NCBI GenBank assembly: GCA_964016885.1
Contig: OZ024748.1
Span: 12,958,001 to 13,022,000 of the forward strand
Length of the DNA stretch: 64,000 nt
Source of the DNA: Eledone cirrhosa
Lineage: Eukaryota
Reading direction: 5' to 3'
Of this stretch, positions 29,677 through 43,542 are shown in pieces. Numbering within the stretch: position 1 is the first letter of the stretch; each line of letters starts with the position of its first letter. A program made the translations under genes and the position numbers. The notes below the pieces were generated by a model, which saw only the letters and a list, made by a program, of their open reading frames with translations, was not told the DNA's origin and searched no databases.

Positions 29677-29719
29677 TCAAACCTTAATAAATTTCTTCAA
29701 ATATCCCTTGAAGAGCAAG
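29677..29719 (+). CDS. Possible 43-bp exon (QTLINFFKYPLKSK)
   Basis: Acceptor cttcttttccag and consensus donor AAG|gtgagt; could equally be a UTR exon. Confidence 0.3.
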
Positions 29720-30137
29720 GTGAGTGCAAAGAGGGACAAGATAACTTTGCGTTGCTTTATGGAACATGGACCCTAACAGTGAGATTGACGTGGCTGAATG
29801 GGGCCTACCCTGACTAAGCTTTACTAAACAAAGGTAAAGAAACCGTCAAAGGTCACGACATGGATAATCCAAGTTTTTGTATACGATTACCCTTGAATTA
29901 CCTTAAAGTGCAGTCTCCAACCCATTTGGAACACTCCTAGTGATGGCTTTGTAAAGTTATCAAAGTTATCAAAGATATATATTACAATAACTATTACTAT
30001 GAAAGGGTCAATTTCAATGGGCTTCGTGCGACTAACTAACCCGAGGGTTTTGATATTCCCCTAAAATACAGTTCACTGCTATTGGCAAATTGGCCTTTGA
30101 GGATGAGAACGATGATCATGTTTCTGATGCTGATAAT

Positions 30138-30145
30138 AGTGGTGG

Positions 30146-30176
<31 letters not shown>

Positions 30177-31075
30177 GGTGGTGGTGATGGTGTTGGTAGT
30201 CCTGGTGGTGGTGGTGGTGGTGGTGGTGGTGGTGGTAGTTCTGCTATTCCTGGTGGTGGTGCTGGTGGTGGTGGTGGTGGTGGTGATGGTGGTGATGGTG
30301 TTGGTAGTCCTGGTGGTGGTGGTGGTGGTGGTGGTGGTGGTGGTAGTTCTGCTGCTCCTGGTGGTGGTGGTGATGTTGGTAGTTCTGCTATTCCTGGTGG
30401 TGGTGGTGATGGTGGTGATGGTGTTGGTAGTCCTGGTGGTGGTGGTAGTTCTGCTGCTCCTGGTGGTGGTGGTGATGTTGGTAGTTCTGCTATTCCTGGT
30501 GGTGGTGGTGATGGTGGTGATGGTGTTGGTAGTCCTGGTGGTGGTGGTGGTGGTGGTAGTTCTGCTGCTCCTGGTGGTGGTGGTGATGTTGGTAGTTCTG
30601 CTATTCCTGGTGGTGGTGGTGATGGTGGTGATGGTGTTGGTAGTCCTGGTGGTGGTGGTGGTGGTGGTGGTGGTGGTAGTAGTTCTGCTGCTCCTGGTGG
30701 TGGTGGTGATGGTGGTGATGGTGTTGGTAGTCCTGGTGGTGGTGGTGGTGTTGGTAGTGCTGCTCCTGGTGGTGGTGGTGATGGTGGAGGTGGTGGTGTT
30801 GGTAGTGCTGCTGCTCCTGGTGGTGTTGGTAGTTCTGCTATTCCTGGTGGTGGTGGTGGCGGTGTTGGTAGTGCTGCTATTCCTGGTGGTGGTGGTGGTG
30901 GTGGTGGTGGTGGTGGTGGTGTTGGTAGTTCTGCTATTCCTGGTGGTGGTGGTGTTGGTAGTACTGCTATTCCTGGTGGTGGTGGTGGTGGCGGTGTTGG
31001 TAGTGCTGCTATTCCTGGTGGTGGTGGTGGTGGTGGTGGTGTTGGTAGTGCTGCTCCTGGTGGTGGTGGTGCTGG
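30138..31075. repeat. (GGT)n-based higher-order minisatellite
   Basis: Cyclic order of gttggtagtcct, agttctgctgctcct and agttctgctattcct modules between GGT runs. Confidence 0.85.
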
Positions 31076-31436
31076 CTATGATTGTAATGGTAACTCTGTC
31101 GAGTGATGTTGCACTGGAGAGGAACATATAAGGTTAAACGATGTGTTATATTATAATAGGTTAAAGCGACACAGACACAGGTTGTGGTGGTGATGTCCAC
31201 ATTGGTCTGGTAATCTAGTTTAGAGACTGACACAGACAGGAGCACCCCCCCCCCCCTTATCTCACCTCTCCCCCCTTCACACCAACACTCTCACTATTCC
31301 TCTCATTCTGTCGCCATTTCTCTCTATATTTATCCCTATAGTTATCTATATGTCTCTATTAATGGATGGAACTGTCTCACTGCATTTGTGTGCAAGTGTT
31401 TCTGCGAAATATTTGTATACTCACACTTACACACAC

Positions 31437-31494
<58 letters not shown>

Positions 31495-31529
31495 ACACAC
31501 ACACACACACACCCATACACACACACACA

Positions 31530-31561
<32 letters not shown>

Positions 31562-31693
31562 TACACACACATACACACAAACACACATACACACACATAC
31601 ACACACACTTACACACACTTACACACACACACACATACACACACATACACACACATACACACACATACACACGCACACACACATACACACATA

Positions 31694-31725
<32 letters not shown>

Positions 31726-31857
31726 TAAACGTACACATACAGGCATACATACACTCACACACACATATACACATGCAAATATACACAGACACACACACAC
31801 ACATACAGACACACATACACACATACAAATATACGCACACAAACACACACACACACG

Positions 31858-32400
31858 TTCTGAGATCAAACCCCTTCGCAATTTGCTTTGCCTTTCATCA
31901 TTACGGGGCCGATAGAATCAAGTACCAGTAATGTACTAGGGTAAATTTAATCGACTTTTCCTTCCCTCTTAAATTGCAGGCGTTGTGCCTGAATCGGAAA
32001 GCCTTATTTGGCAGTATCGGTAGAGCGTCAGACACCAAGCTTTGCAGCATAGAGTTACGGCCCTTTACGATCTGAGTTCAAATCCGCCGAGTTTAACTTT
32101 GCCTTTCATCCTTACGGAGTCGATAAACTAAAGTACCAGTAATGCACTGGGATAATTGTTGGCCTTGTGCCAACAGTAGAAACAATTATTTTGGCAGTGA
32201 CGCTCTGGGGTTGATTTAATCGACTTTCCTTTCCCCCAAAATTGCTGGCCTTGTGCCTATATAAGGAACTATTACCAGGCGGTAAATTGGTAATTTGGCA
32301 GTTTTAAAACGTCGGATAAAACACGATTTGTGGTATTTCTTCCAACTCTTTGCCCTCTGAGTTCAAATCCCACCCATACCAACAATTCCTCTCATCATTT
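31858..32400 (+). mobile_element. Cluster of 3-4 SINE copies and fragments
   Basis: Repeated B box, core and gctggccttgtgcc tail. Confidence 0.85.
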
Positions 32401-32418
32401 TGAGGTTAATAAAATATA

Positions 32419-32609
32419 GTTTCTACTTTTGGCACAAGGCCAGCAAATACCCAGTGCATTACTGGTACTTTATTTTATCGACCCCCGTAAGGATGAACGG
32501 CAAAGTTAACCTCGGCGGGATTTGAACTCAGAATGGCAAGGGCCGTAACTCTATGCGTCAAAGCATGGCGTCCGACCCTCTACCGATACTGCCAATCCAC
32601 CGCCCTCTA
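32419..32609 (-). mobile_element. Young full-length SINE with 14-bp TSD, nested in an older SINE
   Basis: TSD gttaataaaatata at 32405-32418 and 32610-32623. Confidence 0.9.
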
Positions 32610-32934
32610 GTTAATAAAATATAACAGTCAAGCACTAGGTCAAAGTCTTCCTCTATATCCCTTTCTAACCTTCTTTCTTTCTCTTTCTATCCTTCTCTAA
32701 AATAAATCTACTGTGTGTTCAGACATCGAAAAGAGATGCGTTCCACTGGTGTTAAACATTTCCAAGAAACGCCATCTGTCAATTTGACGTTCCTACAACT
32801 CCAACAAGAGTTACAAGTCTATACATAGATGCATTATTATATCCTTACGGGGTCGATAAAATAAAGCACCAGTAATGTACTGGGTAATTGTTGGCCTTGT
32901 GCCAAAAGTTGAAACAATTATTATTATTGTTGTG

Positions 32935-33115
32935 GCCAATCCCTCCGAAGTCCCCCCCCCCCCTATTGGGGAATTTTTCAATGTTATTTTTTTGTTACAT
33001 CCTCTGTTTTTGTTTTTTTACACGCAGAAATGCCCATTTGTACCGTCCTGTATTGTCCTGCACTGTCCTTAATGTCTACTTTATGTAAACCCTTGTGGTT
33101 AATAAAGAAATCATT
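32935..33115 (+). mobile_element. LINE 3' UTR fragment (Tx1/L1-like)
   Basis: ccctattggggaattt...cccttgtggttaataaag plus (att)n; similar ends at 60545-60715 and 60855-60990. Confidence 0.55.
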
Positions 33116-33291
33116 ATTAAATCATTATTATTGTTATTATTTTTATTATTATTATTATTTTTGATTATCAAGGCATGATAAGTAATTAAAAGTAATTTTA
33201 AATACTACTAGAGATATTTCTTTTTAATTGGAATCCATACGCTCAGCAAATACATGAAATAAATGTGATGCATCATACAGTGATATACCTA

Positions 33292-33345
<54 letters not shown>

Positions 33346-33350
33346 TATAT

Positions 33351-33420
<70 letters not shown>

Positions 33421-33431
33421 GTATATGTATA

Positions 33432-33495
<64 letters not shown>

Positions 33496-33530
33496 GTATA
33501 TATATATATGTATATGTATATATATGTATG

Positions 33531-33636
<106 letters not shown>

Positions 33637-33641
33637 GTATG

Positions 33642-33672
<31 letters not shown>

Positions 33673-33799
33673 GCACACACACACATATATATATATACGT
33701 GTGTGTGCATATATATTATTATACATGTATGCGCCAGTGGCTAATAGCCTTGGGGAATCTTCACAAATTGACGTTTAATTTAAATGTAATGCCTGTGTA

Positions 33800-33853
<54 letters not shown>

Positions 33854-33894
33854 CATATATATATATGTGTGTATATGTATATATAAATAGATAT

Positions 33895-33937
<43 letters not shown>

Positions 33938-34489
33938 CATACATACATACATACATACATACATACATACATACATACATGCGTATCTATTTATATACAT
34001 GAAAGTTAAATATGTGCTTAAAACCTCCTTTTAGAAGAGTCCCTTTACTTGCTTGATTGGTTTGTGCTCCTAATTACCGTCTTTGACAAGAAATGCCTTG
34101 GTGTTAGTCAGATTTGACACAGATCAACAGTTAAAGTTTTCAATATATCAAACACCTTTACAATTATATTCCTGAGCGTTTTGGTTTTGGTAAACGAGTT
34201 TTTTTTTTCGATTTTGTTTTTCTGATTTCTATTTAAATAATTAATTATGATGTGAAATTATTAGATTAATCTAGATAGAGGGTTTAACGTACACATGTTA
34301 CATCTACTTCGTTTAAACCAAGCAGTCGAAAGCCCAAATTCAAAGCTACAGCGTAGTCCACTCGCACTACATTCTCTAAAAATGCTCCAAAATATTTAGA
34401 TCAACTCAGATTGCAAAAAGCTCTCTCCCTTGTTTCCTTCACTGAACTTCAGTTTCGGCTCATTGCGTTCTGATTTCAGCTTGAGGTTG

Positions 34490-34990
34490 ACTTTGCCTTT
34501 CATCCTTACGGGGTCGATAAAATAAAGTACCAGTAATGCACTGGATAATTGCTGGCCTTGTGCCTAAAGTAGAAACAATTATTACTAACTTTGCCTTTCA
34601 TCCTTACGGGGTCGATAAAATAAAGTACCAGTAATGCACTGGGTAATTGCTGGCCTTGTGCCTAAAGTAGAAACAATTATTACTAACTTTGCCTTTCATC
34701 CTTACGGGGTCGATAAAATAAAGTACCAGTAATGCACTGGGTAATTGCTGGCCTTGTGCCTAAAGTAGAAACAATTATTACTAACTTTGCCTTTCATCCT
34801 TACGGGGTCGATAAAATAAAGTACCAGTAATGCACTGGAATAATTGCTGGCCTTGTGCCAAAAAGTAGAAACAATTATTGCAGGGTGGATTGGCTATATC
34901 GGTAGAGGGTCGGGTGCCATGCTTTGCAGCATAGAGTTACGGTCCCTTTCGGTCCTTTACAGTCTGAGTTCAAATCCGCCGAGGTTAACT

Positions 34991-34991
<1 letters not shown>
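34490..34991 (+). repeat. Four tandem 98-bp SINE 3' halves followed by a SINE 5' half
   Basis: ctttgcctttcatcc starts at 34491, 34589, 34687 and 34785; head at 34880-34991 ends at gaggttaactt before (AGT)n. Confidence 0.92.
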
Positions 34992-35043
<52 letters not shown>

Positions 35044-35044
35044 A

Positions 35045-35076
<32 letters not shown>

Positions 35077-35077
35077 A

Positions 35078-35109
<32 letters not shown>

Positions 35110-35110
35110 A

Positions 35111-35143
<33 letters not shown>

Positions 35144-35528
35144 ACGACAAAGAGTAAAAGTGTCTGCTGCTAGGATTGAAGGGCTGGTTATGTGTTATGT
35201 GGGTGATATGGAGGACGGGCTCAAAAATCATTAATTAATGCTGTGGTGGTGATGATGGTGATTATATTGTTAGAAATAAGAAATAATTATTTCGGAAAGT
35301 TCATCAAAAGTAGGTTTGTTGTTTATCGTGAGCCCGACATTTCGTTGAGTGTTGTACTAGCTAGTTATTGTATTTTTCTGGGTGCGCCTGTGTGTGTGTG
35401 TGTGTAAGTATGTGTGTGTGTGTGTCTGTGTAAGTATGTGCGTGTGTATGTGTGTGTAAGTATGTGTGTGTGTCAATGTATGTTTATATGTATGCGTTTG
35501 TCCTTAACAATAAAATAATTTTTCGACG

Positions 35529-35728
35529 NNNNNNNNNNNNNNNNNNNNNNNNNNNNNNNNNNNNNNNNNNNNNNNNNNNNNNNNNNNNNNNNNNNNNNNN
35601 NNNNNNNNNNNNNNNNNNNNNNNNNNNNNNNNNNNNNNNNNNNNNNNNNNNNNNNNNNNNNNNNNNNNNNNNNNNNNNNNNNNNNNNNNNNNNNNNNNNN
35701 NNNNNNNNNNNNNNNNNNNNNNNNNNNN
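35529..35728. other. Assembly gap (200 N)
   Basis: A run of exactly 200 N; a fixed size suggests a scaffolding join of unknown true length. Confidence 0.98.
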
Positions 35729-36869
35729 GGCGATGGCGATGGTGATGGTGATGGGATGGAGATAGCGATGGTGTTGGGATGGGGATACTGATAGTGATGA
35801 TGATGGTGATGGTGCTGGTGCTGATGGTGCTGATGGTTATGGTGCTGATGGTGATGGTGATGATATTCGCTGTGGTTGGTGAGTGTCCCTATACATTTTA
35901 AAGGAAATGGTAGTTTCAGGGCAGTTGGGTAAGCGGAACTTGAGCTTCTGTTCTTGCTACTGCTGCTGTTGTTGTTGTTGCTGCTGTTCTTACCATTATT
36001 ATTGACAGTATTGTTGTTGTTGTTGTTGTTGTTGCTGCTGTTCTTACCATTATTATTGACAGTATTGTTGTTGTTGTTGTAGTGGAAGTTGCATTGTTGT
36101 TTTTATTTATTTACTTATTTAACACTATATTATTTTTGCTCTCCTTTCGGTGAAATTGTAGCAGAGAGGAAGATTTTGGAAATGGGGAAGAGGGAGAGGT
36201 TGGGTTTAAATGAGGTACGAGAAGAAGAAGAAGAAGAAGAAGAAGAAGAAGAAGAAGAAGAAGAAGAAGAAGAAGAAGAGAAGAGAGAAAAAGATGAAGA
36301 AAAAGAAGAGAAAAATAAGAAGAAGAAGGAAAAGAAGAAGAAGAAGAAGAAGAAGAGAAGAAGAAGAAGAAGAAGAAGAAGACTGGATGGTAGTGCATGG
36401 AAGAGGACGTGTGTGGGGGGGAGCGGATGGATAAAGAAGCGGCGCGGAAAGATGACTCGAGGAGGGAACACGAAGAAGAAGGTAGAGGAGGAGGAGGAGG
36501 GGGGTGGAATAGGGAGAAGGGGAGAAGGGAGAAGGGGAAGAAATAGATAGTTAAGAGGGAAAAGGATGGTAACGGAAGATAGGGTGTATGTGATGAGGGG
36601 GCCGGGATAGGTGGCGGGTAGGGTGAAGGGAATGATGAAGGAGCAGAAGGAAGATGGTGGAGTTGATGGTAAAGGGAGAAGGATGCGCACAATTTGCTTT
36701 ATATAGATATTTTTGTGTTTTGTTTAGTGTTTGCATGTTTCGTTTGATTTTTCTTTTGATTTTTTTTCTTTTCTTTGTCTTTCGTTTCCATCGAAGTAAT
36801 TGACTTAAGTTTGTTTTCGGCAATGTCTGCATGATTTGGAAACTCCGACACTACCTTTTATGCCATCAT

Positions 36870-37827
36870 TACAACCATCACCACCAACACCACCACCACC
36901 ACCACCACCAGCAAGTCCACCATCGCCACCACCCCACGACAACCACCATCACCATCACCACCAACACCACAACCACCAAGTCCACCATCGCACCGCCCAC
37001 GACAACCACCATCACCATCACCACAACACCACCAACACCGCCACCATCGCCACCACCCCACGACAACCACGATCACCATCACCACCAACACCACCACCAC
37101 CAAGTCCACCATCGCCACCACCCCACGACAACCACCATCACCATCACCACCAACACCACCAACACCGCCACCATCGCCACCACCCCACGACAACCACCAT
37201 CACCATCACCACCAACACCACCACCACCAAGTCCACCATCGCCACCACCCCACGACATCCACCATCACCATCACCACCAACACCACCACCACCAACAATA
37301 CAACCACCTCATCCAGCAGCACCACCACCAAGTCCACCACCACACCGCCGCCACCACCACCACCACCACCAAGATCATTACCACTACCACCACCAACACC
37401 ACCACATCCATCACCATCACTACCATCACCAACACCACCACCTCCAACACCGCCACCAGCACAACCACCATCACCACCAGTACCACCACCACCACCACCA
37501 CCACCACCACCACAACAACAACAACAACAACAAAAAGTACCACCACCACCACCAGCACAACAGCAACACCACCCCTATCACCACCAACACCACTACCACA
37601 ACCACACCAATATTACTACTACAAGTACGAATAACAACACACCATCACCATCATACTATCACCAACACCATGAATACCACCACCACCACCAACACCACAC
37701 CCCACTATCACCACCACCAACACCACCAACAACAACATTAATCGCAACTCCACTATTACGAACAACAACAACAGCACCTATCACTACAACCATGACAACT
37801 AACATCATTATATTTACTACTACCACC

Positions 37828-37918
<91 letters not shown>

Positions 37919-38030
37919 CAACAACAACAACAACAACAACAACAACATCACTACGAATAACAACAGCAACAACAACAACATCAATCACAACCATCATCAA
38001 TACTAACATCATTATAATTACCGCTACTAT
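36870..38030. repeat. (CAC)n/(AAC)n compound minisatellite
   Basis: Recurring ccaccatcgccaccaccccacgacaaccaccatc module, then CAC and AAC runs. Confidence 0.9.
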
Positions 38031-38036
38031 CATAGC

Positions 38037-38472
38037 TGACTATAAAGGAGTGATGCTAGAGCTGTGAAATCTTGGATGCATTAATTTCAACTCTTATTAC
38101 TAACTGCATTGTTTCTTAACAGATACTATATTGAAAACTAAGCCTCAATCGGTTATTCCAAGAGAGTATCTTGGTCATATGTTGACTACGAAGGAATGAT
38201 GCTAGAGCTGTGAAATCTTGCATGCATTAATTTCAACTCTTATTACTAACTGCATTGTTTCTTAACAGAGACTATATTGAAAACTAAACCTCAATCGGTT
38301 ATTCCAAGAGAGTATCTTGGTCATATGTTGACTTCGAAGGAATGATGCTAGAGCTGTGAAATCTTGCATGCATTAATTTCAACTCTTCTTAATACTAACT
38401 ACATTGTTTCTTAACAGAGACTATTTTGAAAAATAAACCTCATTTGGTCATTCCATGAGAGTATCTTGGTCA
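38037..38472. repeat. 146-bp tandem repeat, 3 copies
   Basis: gctagagctgtgaaatcttg at 38055, 38201 and 38347. Confidence 0.92.
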
Positions 38473-38810
38473 GCCTATAGTTTTTCTTTACAATCATCCA
38501 ACCTCATATCAAACCCTTCATTCAATGCAGAATTATTTCCAATCACATAATTACAAATCGTAGCGATATCGATTTAAACTTTCATTGCTCAAACCTCAAG
38601 GCTATAAATACCAGTGCTAATCTAGGGTCGATCCTAGACAATATAGAACCGTATCCAGCAATGGTCTGGCCTTTATTCCAACCAATAAACGTCATTGTTT
38701 GAAAGAACATAAAACGTGTAAACAACCTGTATGTACACACACACACACACACACACACACATCACACGACGCACACACCCCCACACACCACTCACACACA
38801 TACACACACA

Positions 38811-38897
<87 letters not shown>

Positions 38898-39718
38898 ACA
38901 CACCACTTATAGGTAAGAAAGTAACAAAACAACTACAAACTAAACAAAAAAGTAGGTAAGGGGTGTGGCGGTGGTGGTAGGTGTGTGTGTGTGTGTGTGT
39001 GTGGAGGGGTGGGGTGGGGGGTGCACAAATTTTAATAAAATAAAAACAATGAAAAAGAAAGCAAAAATATAGGGAAAAAATATTTTGAATCGCTGAAAAT
39101 TGTTGTTTTTGTTGTTGTTTTCTGGAAAAGGTTACAAGTTATATTAGAACGACTAACTGACATTTTGTAGTTACATCTACCCCCTCCCCCACGGCACCAC
39201 AGCCCCTTCCCCTTCACACAGCCCCAATACTGCCATACACCACCAAACTATACACCATCACTACCACCATCACCACTAATACTATGTTCCACCCACACCA
39301 CCAACAACACTATCATCATCACCGCCATCGTTATATTTTACCCGTTCCACCACGATCACCACCACACTATGCACTACCACTACCACCACCACCATCACCT
39401 CCACCATCACCACTAAATTCCACCCTCACCACCATCCAGTCACTTACTCTATAGACCACCACCACAATTACCATCAACTTAACCATTACCAACATATTTC
39501 CTCTGCACCACCACCACCACCACCACCACCACCACCACCAACACTCAACTATTTATATTAACCATCAACCATCCAGTCAACCATTTTGTACATTTCTGAA
39601 GTAGTTACCTCTTTCTCCACTTCATCACACTTCCACCACAATCCTACACTGCAGCCATACACCGCCACACGTGATATCTGCACGGGCATTAGCACACACA
39701 CACACACACATATATATA

Positions 39719-39762
<44 letters not shown>

Positions 39763-40175
39763 TTGAGTTTATGTTGGTTGTATACCAACACCTCAGTATG
39801 CAGGCTGGAGCACTCGACGAAGTGCGCAGGTTGGTTTGGTGACTCCGGAGTAGTGTAAAATAAAGTTAAATAAAAGCAGTAATAAACGAAGCTAAATTTT
39901 AATCATTTGACTTTTATTTAATTTAATTTTATATATATATATGTATATATATATACATACAAGTATATTGTTTCAGATATATCATATATATATATATATG
40001 TGAGTGGGGTGTATGTATGAATATATTAACTCCAGCTGGAGGGTTAAGTAACTTCACCCACCCACAACCGGCCAAGCGCCGTTGAATACCGTTGTATACG
40101 CCGTTGAAGCAGTGGAGATCAACCAAGTAGGGGTTCACCCAACAGGGACCAGAAGGTTCTGGATTGGATTGGATA

Positions 40176-40213
<38 letters not shown>

Positions 40214-40259
40214 AGGAAGAATATAAAATGAAAGTGCTTTTTTTAAAAAGGAATTTATT

Positions 40260-40382
40260 AGGTATTGACATATGTTTCTGTAACAGACGGAATACCTATG
40301 TATCGCTGCTTGCGTAATCATATAATGTTAGCAAGTATTCCATAGCAAATGTATAATCAGTTGTCACTTCTTCAGAGATTTT
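40260..40382 (-). ncRNA. Degenerate HHR-like motif in a (TA)n-flanked segment
   Basis: Minus strand CUGAAGA-A-GUGACA...UGUUAC-A-GAA-ACAUAUGU-C; stem I pairing is poor. Confidence 0.4.
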
Positions 40383-40404
40383 GGATAAAATACTTATATA
40401 AATA

Positions 40405-40481
<77 letters not shown>

Positions 40482-40484
<3 letters not shown>

Positions 40485-40640
40485 CAAAAGATGGTTAAAT
40501 GAGTTCCATGTATTTTATTATGCGCATTTCAAAAACAAATATCATCATGCAATAACATTTGTGTTTTCATCAGATAAAATAGGAGGACATGATATGAAGG
40601 TTAAAAACACTTGTGGATAGTGCAGTTGTAAATCAATATA
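40482..40640 (-). mobile_element. Family B element, full ~160-bp monomer with HHR (40511-40581)
   Basis: CUGAUGA core, palindromic stem III AUGCGCAU, stem I tattttat/ataaaata; TA on both sides. Confidence 0.85.
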
Positions 40641-40661
40641 TATATGCATATATATATATGT

Positions 40662-40840
40662 GTGAAAAGATTCAGAACCCCGACGGCTGAGCTCCGGCCG
40701 TTTCGACAGCCAGTCCGCGACTAGCTGTCGAAACAGCCACATCGCACCCGTCGGGGTCCTGAATCTTTTCATATTACCCACTCTACTGCTCCAAGTATCG
40801 AGTACTCTGGTGGGTTATGGTCTAGCTGGTTTTTACCACA

Positions 40841-40845
<5 letters not shown>
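40662..40845 (+). mobile_element. Family A (subfamily 2) hairpin-plus-tail element
   Basis: tgaaaagattcagaaccccgacgg...ccgtcggggtcctgaatcttttca plus the conserved tail. Confidence 0.85.
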
Positions 40846-40905
<60 letters not shown>

Positions 40906-40926
40906 TTACATATATATATATATATA

Positions 40927-41001
<75 letters not shown>

Positions 41002-41054
41002 TCTCTCTCTCTATCTATCTATCTATGTCTCTCTCTCTATATATATATATAATA

Positions 41055-41195
41055 TAAGATCAAAAGATGGTTAAAAGAGTTCCAAGTATTTTATTATGCG
41101 CATTTCAAATATTTGCGTTCTCATCAGATAAAATAGGGAAACATGATATGAAGCTTAAAAAACACTTGTGAGCAGTGAAGTGTTAAATCAACATA
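41055..41195 (-). mobile_element. Family B element with stem II deletion
   Basis: Colinear with 40482-40640 but lacks about 22 bp of stem II. Confidence 0.8.
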
Positions 41196-41208
41196 TGAAA
41201 AATATATA

Positions 41209-41275
<67 letters not shown>

Positions 41276-41283
<8 letters not shown>

Positions 41284-41467
41284 ATACTTTGGGAGGGTCA
41301 TGTTGCCAATAAGAAACACACGCACCAGTTGCTTTCACTTCAATTTAATTTATTAAATATTTATAAATTTGTAAATTTATAAATATTTAATAAATTAAAT
41401 TGAAGTGAAAGCAACTGGTGCGTGTGTTTCTTATTGGCAACATAACCCTCCCAAAGTATAACAATAT
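41276..41467. repeat. 192-bp near-perfect palindrome plus short tail, between (TA)n tracts
   Basis: Arms of ~95 bp with one visible mismatch; 2-nt centre at 41371-41372. Confidence 0.92.
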
Positions 41468-41521
41468 CGGTTTCAACACACGATTTCAGATAAAGAATCT
41501 TGCTAAACAAATTCAGAAACG

Positions 41522-41565
<44 letters not shown>

Positions 41566-42302
41566 CAAATTTAATATAGAAATGGCTTCTACGGGAATAG
41601 AACTGTTTCGTTTGAAAGAAATCAACAGGAAAGTCGACATGCATTGTAATGCCGTGGTATTTATATGTTTTCTGGGGGGTGGGGAAAATGGTGGTTTTAA
41701 AGATGGACAGAGGTAGGTCACTCGCTGATGGTCTTTAAGAAATTGGGATTCTTTGAAGAAATTACTTTTAGAAATACGGATGACTACTGCTGTCTCCGTC
41801 TACCAAGTACCACTCCCAACACATTGGTTAACTCGAGATTATAGAAGTTATTTGCCCCAGTTTCTATATAGCTGGAATCAACATAGAATCACGCCATCCA
41901 CTCTCTTATTCTCTCTATCCATCTCACAGTTAGGCACGGACGCATACAACGCATACACATGTTCTCTCCCTCTCTCTCTCCCATGTAAATATCTATATCT
42001 GACGAAGGAGTAATTCTATCATATGTAACCCATGTGCAACCACGCAGTATTCTTCTTTCTTTTCATGTTTTATTTTGGCTGCTTACTAAATCGTAGACAC
42101 ATAATAAGATAACACACACACACACACACACACACAACATGCGGCTTTGACCGGGAGGGTCATTTAGAGGGAAATGGGGGGGGGGGGCTGCACTGCGCCA
42201 CTTTCCGCCATGGCGATTAGACTGCATGCCCTGCTTTCCAGGTTAACCTTCGCCACTGATATATATATATATATACACACACACAAATATATAAATATAT
42301 AT

Positions 42303-42375
<73 letters not shown>

Positions 42376-42438
42376 AACATAATAACTATGATATATATAT
42401 ACATACATACATATAAATATATATAGATACATACATAT

Positions 42439-42496
<58 letters not shown>

Positions 42497-42518
42497 ATAT
42501 ATATACATACATACATAT

Positions 42519-42591
<73 letters not shown>

Positions 42592-42594
42592 TAT

Positions 42595-42648
<54 letters not shown>

Positions 42649-42658
42649 TCATACATAC

Positions 42659-42767
<109 letters not shown>

Positions 42768-42801
42768 TATACATATATATATACATATATATGTATGTAT
42801 G

Positions 42802-42942
<141 letters not shown>

Positions 42943-42949
42943 GAATATA

Positions 42950-43019
<70 letters not shown>

Positions 43020-43088
43020 CAGACATACATATACATATATATATATACATATATATATATTCATACATACATATATATATATATATAC

Positions 43089-43119
<31 letters not shown>

Positions 43120-43129
43120 CATATATATG

Positions 43130-43233
<104 letters not shown>

Positions 43234-43470
43234 TGTATGTATATATATATATCATAGTTATTATGTTGGTATGTTGGCTCAACATAATTTCAAGCAAACA
43301 GTAATACATATTAATCGCCTGCAGCTCGAGGCCTCTGTTGATATATTTCAGTCCACATCTAATTTTACAAATGGCAACCAGGCTTTGCTATTTAGCACTC
43401 CTCTACTTCATAAAAATCTGCTTGAAACTATTTCATTCTTGCCTCTGTATATACAGTAACGCCCATCTAC

Positions 43471-43542
<72 letters not shown>

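Noticed and set aside
30090-31106. 338-aa Gly-rich ORF resembling a structural protein
   Set aside because: Three overlapping frames are open, Gly codons are almost all GGT, and there is no signal peptide or clear splice site; a minisatellite explains it better.
36089-36550. Glu/Lys/Arg-rich 153-aa ORF
   Set aside because: Derived from a (GAA)n microsatellite and a purine-rich tract.
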